From the NCBI RefSeq assembly GCF_037042905.1, contig NC_087251.1, forward strand, positions 25,732,001-25,792,000: DNA of 60,000 nt, read 5' to 3'. The DNA is from Lytechinus pictus. Taxonomy: Eukaryota. The position numbers and the translations under genes are program-made. This document shows positions 26,301 through 36,847 of this stretch, one piece after another. A model generated the notes under the pieces. It did not search any database. It was not told where the DNA came from and worked only from the letters and a program-made list of their open reading frames with translations. How positions within the stretch are numbered: the first letter of the stretch is position 1; every line of letters begins with the position of its first letter.

Positions 26301-26999
26301 CCGTAGCGTAGGCAGCAGAGGCCCCGCCTTCCAAAGGTCTAAGTTAGAACCTACAGTACTAGACTCAATTTGAATTTTAATGTCAGAGTTAAGAAGCCAG
26401 GCTAAAGATTAGACATAGAATGGATCTAGAGTAACATTTGTAGTTCTAGTAGATCCATAGTGTTAGATAATCTATGATAGATAGGCCCTACAAATGATTA
26501 GCTTACTAATGATGCAAAGACAGTTTCAATTTTGGGCCCTAGAATATACAAATAAATTACAAGCAATCGCTCGTTCTGCCTGAGCTACATCTATTTCAGA
26601 TCTCTTGTATTGCTAAACTAGATTGGGTCCCGAATTAGGTCTCGATTTTGATCTATAATAAAAGCATGAATGGAAGGAACCCAAGCCAGACCCGGTCCAG
26701 GGGCAGGGCTGCACCACCTCATTCCCTGGCCAGAACCAAGGCCCAAACCGGGGTAGGCCTACATGTAGATCTAGTAAAGCAGTAATACAATGGTAGAGCC
26801 AGCTCGGCTAACCAAGACAAATTAAAATTTCTTAGATCTAGATCTAGACCTGGGAGGTCTAGTGACTAGTCTAAGTCTAACTAAGACCCTAGATAGAAAA
26901 CTAGATCAGAATATATCTACTGACTACTGCAGATCTAGACTAGAACTTAAAAGGGGCCAAGCTAATATAGCTAATATAGGCTTTGGGCCTGGCCCTGTC

Positions 27000-27173
27000 T
27001 ACCTCAGGCGAGGGCTCGTATACTATAGGCTCCAATACACTTCACTACCGCTACCCTCCACTCAACCTATCTCATTTGTATCTGATAGTGGAGCGGACGG
27101 TAGCGGTAGTGAAGTACGTACTAACTACTATCTATAGTGGAGCCTATACATGTACGAACCCTCGCTTGAGGTA
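27000..27173. mobile_element. 174-bp hairpin MITE (possibly AcademH-type)
   Basis: Outer arms TACCTCAGGCGAGGGCTCGTA / TACGAACCCTCGCTTGAGGTA; inner arms ACTTCACTACCGCTACC / GGTAGCGGTAGTGAAGT; degenerate 9-bp flanks GGCCCTGTC / GGCCATACC. Confidence 0.65.
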
Positions 27174-30100
27174 GGCCATACCTAGGCTCTACTCTCTAGC
27201 CTAATTCTTTTTTATCTACTAATATAGGCTCTGTTATAACTTATTATAGATCTGGCCTGGCTAGGCCCTAACTTATTCTTACTTAGTTTGTCTTAGACTT
27301 TACTGAGGGCTAGAAAGTCTAGGGCCTGGCTCTGACGCGACGGTCAGTGAGTGACAGAGCTGGATAGACTCTAGTCTAGGCCCTAACTAGAGGGTCTAGA
27401 CTAGTCTAGTCGAATCTAACATTAGGCCTAGACTAGATCTAACTTGTTAACGTTAGAATTTAGACTCTAGAAATACTACCAATATACTGACTAGATTTAG
27501 AATTTTCCAGAAAGGGCGGGGGTGCTCTAAAAAAAACCTTAAAAATCAATGTCTAATATGTCATGAAGATGAATTAAAACTGTTTTCTGTCGGTGTTCAT
27601 TCCACGCATGTTCATCCGACATGCATGTTCATCCGACACGCATGTTCATCCGACACAGGAACCTTAAAAACAATGTCCAATGTCGTGAAGATCATTTAAA
27701 ACTGTTTTCTGACGGTGTTGATTCTATGCATTATTTGTCTGTGTCAGACGCCGGAACCTCCGGCTAGCACTGCCGGCGTTGTACGGCTAAAAGCAGCCGG
27801 AGAGTTTACAAGCAATCATTGCATAAAATTGACGGCGATAATGATTAATTTAAAATATCTCTTTATACTAAGAAACTTTAATTGAGATAGATCTATTATC
27901 TATGATATATAACAATGAAATTGGATACATACCAAAATATGCCTCTATCCCGTCAAAATGGGAAGCCGATGACCCTTTTTCGCAAGAACTTGCTGCGGCT
28001 GAAAATGACAACTTATGCCAAGTTTATGTCAACAGGCTCGTTCATGACTATTCAGTTTATGTAATGATGATTAAATCGCGTCATAAGCTAAAACAATACA
28101 TAAATATTTTTATGCAACAGAATTTATGTCAACGGCATAAGCTATGCATGATTTTATGTCATGATCGAAATTTATGTCATAATGACATAAATTTTTTTGC
28201 AACAGGGCCCTGAATTAAGGGGCTAGTCTACGTTTTCAGTCACTTAAGAAAATGGCGAACTGGCCAAAGGTGAAATACATCATTGAAAAGAAAATGAATG
28301 TTTGGATTAAAATAACGAAGATTAAATGAAATATGACTGAAAAATATCCATAGTTGAATCTCTACTTTTATTACTGACAGAACAATAACATCATTTTTTT
28401 TATTAACTTCTTGCCAATATTCCAATAAGGCAAGACTCCCATTCAAGACTAGCAAGCAAACGTTATCAATGGGATTTTTGAATGAAAGAAAAAAAAATCA
28501 AAGCGTGATTTTTTTTAAAGGGATAGACGAGACTCTTGTTTTGAACAGAGATATAAAAATATTTAAAAACAAACAAGAGGTGATAAACACTTCATTAAAA
28601 TTATAATGAAGTTCGTAGTGAATTACAACTTGTAAAAGGAGAAATTAACAAGAATAATAGGGAAATAAAGTTTGGAAGAAAAGAAGGAATGAGGAGAGAC
28701 AAGCTTTGGGGGGAATGATCAAGATGGGTGGCTGCAGCTCGACATGGGGCTAGAGAGTGTACATAAATGGGAGGGGGGCCGGGGTGAGCAATCATCTATC
28801 AAGTCGCCCAAAATCTTACACCTTCAAACTTCTCACACAATCCACACACAAATCCCAGTTCATGATACAATCACAAGTGTCGCTCAACACATGCGCACGT
28901 GGTCTCTCCTGGCATTTTACAGTCACACACACAGCTAAGAAATACACACTACACACAATGCACACGATGCATCCCCATACCACATGCAGTCACACTGAGC
29001 CTAAAGCACACAAGCAGAGAAACGTTCTGCTCGAAGTGTATGACTCCTCGGCTCCAAATTCTACATTTATTTTATCTCAGTGCTTGGAGTCGGCGCTGGG
29101 GCTCGGCGCTGGGGCCGATTTTCGTCCATGAATGAGAGAGCATGGCAAAGACTCGAGTCCCTTTATCTCAGAACCGCCGCCGCTTGATACTCGAGTCTCC
29201 AGAGATCAGGGTCGACTCCCCGACTCTGGCATTGAGAATCGGGTAGACTCGATTACCCGGCGCTGGCTCCCAAGCCTAGTTGACGGGGGCGATTATGAGT
29301 TTTGCAGTCGCCCTCGTGTGAATGTTTTTAGCCCTTTTCCGGGGCTCTTTTTGGACTTTCCGGGGCGAATTCGCCCGCCGCCCCCGTGTAATTTTTTGGT
29401 TGCTTCATATTAACCTTTTAACAAGTGGAATGGCACTGGGTGCTCCACCTGCAATATGCAATGCAATAAAGCAGCACTTGTGACATTGAAATACTTTAAA
29501 CATTTTCTTGTTTTTCTTTTCAATTTGAACTTAACAATTCAAGAATTCATTGCCATCAGGGCATGTACTGTTGCATGTTGTAAGTCTTCAAAATTTCCAT
29601 TTATCTTCAAAAGTTCCTGTTTGTTTGAAATTCAACATAATTACCAATCAGCGTTTTAAGCATGTACAAATTTTGAGAAAAAAATGTTCATTAAAATAAA
29701 TTTTTTACATTTTTCATTATCTTTCAACTCAAATTTCCATTGGAAGGATGTTGCAAATGTAATTATTTTAAATTTGCGAGCGTTTGGTACAAATAAGTTA
29801 GACTCTGCCTAATGCCAACCTTACAGTCTCGGGCTATTTTCTTTTTGTAGACCAGTGCCAGTTGTGGCATGCATGGCAATGGTGAACTACTACTGAAAAC
29901 GGAACCAAGCAGTGGGTCAATAAGTCAAAAATTTTGAGGGGGCTACAGATGGCGTATCGGGCAAAATGTTTAAAACGTTGCGATTGAGCTATTATTACTT
30001 TAAGTGAAGTTAGCGAGCAAAAATTTTGAAATTTTCATTACAAAAATCAAATTTTGTGATAAATTTTTACATAACTGCCCATATTTTACCTTTCTATCAT

Positions 30101-31187
30101 TCCTTTTCTCTTTTTTTCTTCTTGATCGTGAAAATTTTTGGGAGGGCCAAGCATCCCCCCATCTGTACGTCATGTGCGTGTACGTCGCTGGACATGCTGG
30201 ACATTAGTTGAAGTTTGAACCAAACGTAACATATGGTAGTGGATCATATTAGTATTACCGAACACTTTTCATGAATCCAATCATATCAAACACATTATTC
30301 TCATGAAATTCACCAAACTTTCACCATAAATACACAATTACCTACAAAATATCAATATGTAAAAATTTTGCCAAAATCATTTTTCCTTTTTACGATATTA
30401 GCTTCCAATCGGACCCCTCTTCGCATGTGAAATATTTTGGTCACTTAATTGAAAAAGGTATCGTATTACCGAACGTGTGTTATCTAAGGGAAAAGTTGAG
30501 AAAACAACAAAATCACTGATGAGCTATTTTGACCATATTTTATTATTTTAAGAATATTAAGACTTTGAAAATGTGTTTTTTACAATTTTTCATCATCTTT
30601 CTATTCAAGTTCTCTTTCAAGTTTCAGTCTTTGGAAGGATGTTGCAAAATTTTGACTCTTTGAGCATTATAATTTATTTTCTGATGCGTATGATGCGCGC
30701 GTTCGGTAATACAAGGCCGGTCGGTAATAACTCACTATACATAGTAGTAGTAAACAAAAAGCTTTCGAAATTCTTATCCGTTTTCGATCTGCTTCAGCCT
30801 TTTCAGGCGACAGCTACAGCCTACAGTATTTAGGGCCGCAACTCAGGGAGGCGTGTCAGCTCCCCTCGCCTCCCGGCCCAGCCCCAGGCTCGGGCCCGGT
30901 GCAGCGCACCAGCACGAAAGTCGACAACAGACAGCCAGATCAGTCTGACTCGGCTCAAACTTATATCTTTTGACCCGGGGCCAGGCTTAAGAACCAGCAA
31001 AAGCAATACATCGGCCATAAATAAACTTAAATCATAGAACCTAAAACTAATTAAAATAAAGTTAAAGGTAAATAAATAAGAAACTTCCGACTAAATTCTT
31101 TGAGAAACGAGATCGGCAGGTGGTTGATGATGTCCCCCTCAACGACAGGATGCAGGGAACTTTTAGGGCACGCCTAGCCTGCGCCTC

Positions 31188-31380
31188 GTGTGTGTGTGTG
31201 TGTGTATTTGAGTTTTGTCAGACGTGTATCAATCAGATATGATTATTTACGTCTGGGACCGACCTTTAACGTCACCATCCGAAAGACGTGACCAGGGCTC
31301 GAACCTCTGCATCAATTTGTAACTTCCCCGCATAGCTTGGATTACAGGCGCACGCCACAACGCACGCCACAACGCCTCGC
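31188..31380 (-). mobile_element. SINE with 7SL/Alu-domain-like head, B box, Deu/Nin-like core and (CA)n tail
   Basis: Minus strand reads GCGTTGTGGCGTGCGCCTGTAATCCAAGCTATGCGGGG..GGTTCGAGCCC..GTCTTTCGGATGGTGACGTTAAAGGTCGGTCC..(CA)n. Candidate TSD CGCCTCG at 31182-31188 and 31373-31379. Confidence 0.75.
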
Positions 31381-31392
31381 CTGCGCCCTTGC

Positions 31393-31732
31393 TAGTCTAG
31401 TTCTAGACGATATTAAACGAATTTATTTGCACCGATATATACGTTCTATTCCGTGCGTACGCCCAGCCGAGTGTGCGCGCAAAACCGAGAACCTGTACTC
31501 CGAGGATATTTCCTCGGAGTACAGGTTCTCGGTTTTGCGCGCACACTCGGCTGGGCGTACGCACGGAATAGAACGTATATATCGGCGCAAAACCGAGAAC
31601 CTGTACTCCGAGGATATTTCCTCGGAGTACAGGTTCTCGGTTTTGCGCGCACACTCGGCTGGGCGTACGCACGGAATAGAACGTATATATCGGTGCAAAT
31701 AAATTCGTTTAATATCGTCTAGAACTAGACTA
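31393..31732. mobile_element. Perfectly palindromic MITE with 9-bp TSD (AcademH-type), carrying a 108-bp internal duplication
   Basis: TAG...CTA termini; CGCCCTTGC duplicated at 31384-31392 and 31733-31741; 114-bp perfect arms around a 4-nt centre. Confidence 0.85.
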
Positions 31733-34691
31733 CGCCCTTGCCTGCTGCGCCTCACGGAAATAAAAGGATCCTTTTATTTCCGTGCTGCGCCTCGCGATGC
31801 ATATTTCCTTCCTTCTATTCTTCCCACGCATCCGATTCTTCCTTCTTTTTCATTGGATCACTTAAAGTCTTTTTTAGCTGGAATGTTTTTCTTGATTTTA
31901 TATTTTTGAGAGAAGCGACATGTAGAAATATGGATCAGGGAACTTTCATCATTTGAAAGAGATGGAAGAGAGGAAGATTGAGACCCCGTTATATTGGAAA
32001 AAAAGATGGAACTGTGTTTGGAAACAAAGGGGACAGGAGAGAAGAAATTAATAAAAAAAAGGAGGGGCGGGGGAAAGTGAGAGACAGAGAAAGGCATAAG
32101 CGTGATAAAGTCACAAAGAAGTTTTGGTTGATTTTATTCCAGTAATTTTTAGGCCTACCATATCTAAGAAAAGGGGAAAAACAATGGAGCCCCTAAAAGG
32201 TGACATGACCGGCCCCCCACTCATTCCCTCAAGTCGAATGAGTGAATATGTTGGCAATTATCAATATTCTCATGATCATCGATCGTTATTATCACTTTTT
32301 ATCTAATTATACCAGAAAGTAATTATTTACAGTTTTGATCCTGGCCAAAATTGTAATTTTATTTCATTTGTAGATTAAAAGTTTTTTAATGAATTAACAA
32401 GGGCTGACAAGCAAGTCTAGGCTCTAGCTTATCATTATCAAGTGCAGGTTTCTGGACAGTTCCATATATTGTGGACATGTTACATGTACTTTCTATAACT
32501 TAGTTAAAACATTCTTTATATACCCCCTATATGTAGGAGCTTCCTTGAATTATTATTTTTTTTTTAGTTCTCATGAAAATTTATAGTGCTCTCAAATGAT
32601 CATGACTTGGCCCGTGGGCAACTTATGAAGTAAAGTAAGGATGGAAAATATGGGGGTTGGGGGGAACAAAACAACGTTTTCAAAATTTTAATTTTATGGA
32701 ATTGCCCTTCTTTGAATTCTGAAATGTGTTCTTAGCTTGTTCATAAAAGCATCAAGATATCGACAGACAGCATGCATACGTTTGTGTATCTTATTTGTGG
32801 TACAGCAGTTTGAGATACAATTTTGCTTTTTAATATAGAAATGTCCCCGTCTCTCTAACTCATCATTTGGCCATAAAAACTTTCAAACTTTTTTTTTCAA
32901 TGATAAGAAACTCATTACCTCCAATTTACCACTCATATCATTTTCAAATCTCACTGCACATATGAACAGCAAATGAAAACAAAACTGAAATCTCATTATT
33001 GTATGGCAATTGTTTATTTCTTTATATTTTCACAATGTTTTTTTTTTCTTCAAACCATTTTTAATGGCAGAATAGATTTTAAATCCAATGTAATGTATAG
33101 GTAGAACACATAATGTCTCACAGCAGAGCAACCATATACCAACAAATCTACTAAAAAAACAATAATTCATTTCAGAGTACCTGATAAAGTGTTGATTTAC
33201 ATTACATCAAATGCTATTTCCATGTTTCGCTTCTTCCACTTCCTTCATATAAATTTCTTAAACATTAAAATTTAAGTTTAAAGAAATACTCTACATATTT
33301 CATCAAGGGAATAATAACACAAATTTCAAAATATCATAAATAAACTTTTAATCATTTAACATTTGGCAAATGAATCGCTGACTTCATGTACAAACAAATA
33401 ACAAAAAAACAAAAAATCCAAAATAATTGGATGGATTGAATAATACCAACCTTGAAGGTAAGATGCATCTTATTATTACAAACATATCTAACAATCATAT
33501 ACCCCATGTCTTACATGGTCTAAAGTGGCCTCCTTTTTCATCTAAGGGCCATTGTCAACTGGAACCAGATCATTCCTGTACAAAGTCCATGGTAACCTAC
33601 TGTGACAAAAAGGTCAACATACTTATGCACTGAGAAGCTGTTTACAATTGGGAAGAACTCCCGTCCTGAATGTGTATTTGTACAACAATATTCGCTACAG
33701 ATGGTCACCGTACATTTCTACATTGAAGATATCTTTTTATTTATACACATTGTACCTGTGTCAAGTTTAGGAGCCTACAGTCATAAATGTATCACTGTAA
33801 TATCAAACATGGGAAGAATTGGTAAATACCTCATATAAAGTGTGTTGATGTTTGACATCTGTACATCAATTATTGTCCATAAAATGAATTCAATAAATGC
33901 AAGGATCAGTGGTCTTTGCAGAAGGAAGTGGCACCCAAAAAAAAAAAATAATTAAACATGAAAACATAGTCTAATATATTGTTTGACATCTATGAGATAC
34001 AATTGAGGGGTGATCTTGTATTTGAGTGACTTCATTTTAAAAATCCAATTTTGTCAAACACTCAAAGGGCTTTAAAATAATATAAATGCAACAAGGATTT
34101 CATGTCTTGTTGTCATTGAGCATCAATTGAGTGTCAAGCGAGTTTATAAGATGACAAACATAAATTCAAGCATTAACTTTGCAATAGTAATTTCAAAAAC
34201 TGAAAATCATTACCAGATCAAGCAAAATTTGAATAATCATAGAACAGGGGGGGGGGGCACTTACCAGCAGATACAGCACATATTGGATTACCTCTCAACT
34301 TTTAAAATACTTTCCGATTTTCGGATACCAACAGCTTCAAAGCCCAAATGTCAGAATTATATAAAAAGATGCTCTTAGGCAATCAACTGACACAATTTTG
34401 GGAGCTTACAACAGTAGTTTATAACTTGCTAAATATGCTTTGATCCCAGTAAAATATCCATTAAGATTCAATACAAAGTTCATACCTAGCAAAACAGCAG
34501 CATTATAAAAAACAATGAACTCCTCCTGAATAAAACCAATATTCCTGAATCCTCACTGAACCAAACATGACATGAAGCATGCTCAATTTCAATGTAAAGA
34601 TTAACTCAATATAATTTGTAATCAAAGGTGTTGTGAGTTGTGTCATGAAACTTTTAGGAGCAATAAAGCTTTCAAATCCAAACTAAGAAAT

Positions 34692-35888
34692 CTATTTCTT
34701 GAAGGAAAGCTTAAAGAGTGAGTAGCAACTCCAAATGGTTCCTACAGCTGTGAGACCCATCGCAAAGGCATACGTTATCCTGTCACGTCCCAGTTTGATG
34801 TGAATTGGTAGCCCATCAGGAGTCTGTAGAGAAGACACAAAATCATATGCATATGCAAGTTCTTCAAATTTCTCAATACTACATATATAATAGTTACATA
34901 TACAGCGTATCCTTTTTTTTTTAATTAAAGCTCAAAAAGACATTGTGAGCTTTGGTTTGATAAAACAAGAAAACTCACAACCAATTTATATAAATGTTGC
35001 TAATAGAAGCAGATAGTTAATTATCATTCAAATGAGAATAAATCAGAAGACTTAAGACTTCCTGAGTGAGGATCCAAGAACTACGAGTATATTGAAAGTA
35101 TTTGAAAGGGTGATCATTCATGGTGATGTTCAATGTGAATGTGGCATATCAAGAGTTACCTATGACCACCCCCCATCATTACTCCAATTTTTTTCTTTCT
35201 CTACCACTGTAAATAAGAAATATGGTCTGAGTGATACAGGCAACTTACCCCAAACCTCGCCTGGTTGAAGGCAACCTTGTTCTTGAAAAATCGGGACATA
35301 GTTCCAGACGGTGCTGGTTTCTGTGCAAACTCAATTGGAGGGGTTTCTTTAACTTTGGTTTGTGTCAAGCCCTGAATTGTAAAGAAGAAACAAACTTTTG
35401 ATATTTTTGTATGACTAAATATCTTCATGAGATATTCTAAACATCTTCTTTTTCCAGGATGATAGCTTTTTTGAACAAGTATTGTCAAAAGATGTAAATC
35501 AAAGTATTCTTACAGTTACAGCAAAGGGGCAAAACACACATATTGTGAATGCACATCATGGAAACATTTCAGCATTCATAGATTACAAAAAATAGATAGA
35601 TCCAACAATTACTGAGAGAAAATATCGCCACTCTAGTCTTACTTAGTTTTGTGTATGCATGAGTTGTGTTGCACCGCTTAGCTACATTAATCTGACAAGA
35701 CAAGTTGAAAAACAACAATGAACAAAATGAACAGCATGAATGATCAACAAACACTGAAACTGAAAGTAACAGTAGAAAAAACACGACTTCCAATGAAAAT
35801 AAGCTGGTGGTTTTACCCCTGGATTATATGCAGATAATGGATCAGCGCTAGAAACTTTTCCACTTGCTGAATTGTGTTTGAAAGCCAT
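34692..35888 (-). CDS. COX7A2L: Cytochrome c oxidase subunit 7A2-like / supercomplex assembly factor (SCAF1)-like protein, 108 aa, 3 exons, complete
   Basis: Exons 35817-35888, 35249-35371, 34692-34823, all phase 0. Protein: MAFKHNSASGKVSSADPLSAYNPG|GLTQTKVKETPPIEFAQKPAPSGTMSRFFKNKVAFNQARFG|TPDGLPIHIKLGRDRITYAFAMGLTAVGTIWSCYSLFKLSFKK*. It has the COX7A C-terminal TM module plus the N-terminal AYxP-GL..PPI.FA extension typical of COX7A2L. Confidence 0.9.
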
Positions 35889-36416
35889 GGTAAACTGTGA
35901 ATTCACAGACTGATATTATAGTAAAGGACGTTAATGACGTCGACGATACTCACTGTTCGCAAATATCTCCATGAAATGTTATGCATAAGATGGTGTTCTT
36001 TTAGTTTATAGAAAACAATATAATTGTATTTTTTATTAATTTTTTTAATAAGAATAATAATTTATAAATATTTAACTTTTAATTTTTGAAAAATATGACA
36101 CTAAAACTGTTTTTGTTAAATTATAATAGAGACCATTTTATGAAATATGCGAACGAGTACAACATGTCAGCGCCCAGAGACAAATTCGATAATTCTCTAT
36201 CTCTTCCTGGACGCATATTTCTTCCTTTTCCAGCACACTTGGACTGCATCAAATAAAGTGATTGAGATAATGTGACAGGCAGGGTCTTATTACTTTCAAA
36301 TAGAGGCTACATTATCATCTAATGAATGAGAATATTCTAATTTCTAAATGAAGTGAAGTGAACGTGAACCGTTCGTGATCGTGAAGATCCCCGTGGTCCA
36401 TGACGTGCACGTGAGT
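35889..36416. promoter_or_regulatory. Putative bidirectional promoter (COX7A2L minus strand; candidate plus-strand 5' UTR exon ending at 36410)
   Basis: Lies directly upstream of the COX7A2L ATG. Two CpG-rich patches with TGACGT motifs (35935, 36401); plus-strand GTGAGT donor at 36411. Confidence 0.4.
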
Positions 36417-36847
36417 TAATCGGAGAGCTGCGGCTACGGCCTACGCCGCCATACTCAGCTCAGGCTGCGGCCGGTGTAGCGGCGAATCCGGTGCCTGGCT
36501 CTGGCAGATCCGCCGGCGGATTGTGTGCCTAACTTTTGTATCCTATTACCGGACACCTTTTATTTCAGTGCTCTAAATACCGGTATGACAACTAGAGGAA
36601 ATACTTTACAATCAAGAAAAATTTGGGTTTAGAATTAGATATCTACCTAGGCTTTACTTAGATTCTTAGAAAACAATGCAACTCATTAATTAAAGGGTGC
36701 CCGCCAGCGTCGATGATGATTAAAACCAACATGTAGCCTGTAGGTTCTTAATTTAGGTACGTAGGTTCGCGTTCGTAGGTATAGGTGGGTAGGACGTGCG
36801 TAGGATCGTAGATAGTAGATACATTATCATGATTATGTACTGTGCGT

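Larger units (their letters stand above)
20972..28209. mobile_element. 7.2-kb non-autonomous PIF/Harbinger-like element
   Basis: TIR GGCCCTGTTGCAAAAAA at both ends, CTG TSD, and subterminal TTTATGTCA/TGACATAAA repeats at 20990-21180 and 28005-28195. No transposase ORF visible. Confidence 0.85.

Noticed and set aside
29080..29278. Another AcademH-type MITE (GCTTGGAGTCGGCGCTGGG / CCCGGCGCTGGCTCCCAAGC)
   Set aside because: An inverted repeat is visible, but the ends are degenerate and no TSD could be matched, so it is left unclassified.
31330..31380. Functional 7SL (SRP RNA) gene or human Alu contamination
   Set aside because: Only the ~40-nt 5' domain is present, with no S domain. The rest is non-Alu SINE sequence with a CA tail, embedded in host DNA.
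31393..31732. Overlapping ORFs on both strands (31337-31755) and a CRISPR-like look
   Set aside because: These are by-products of a perfect palindrome with a duplication. There are no unique spacers or cas genes, and the context is eukaryotic.
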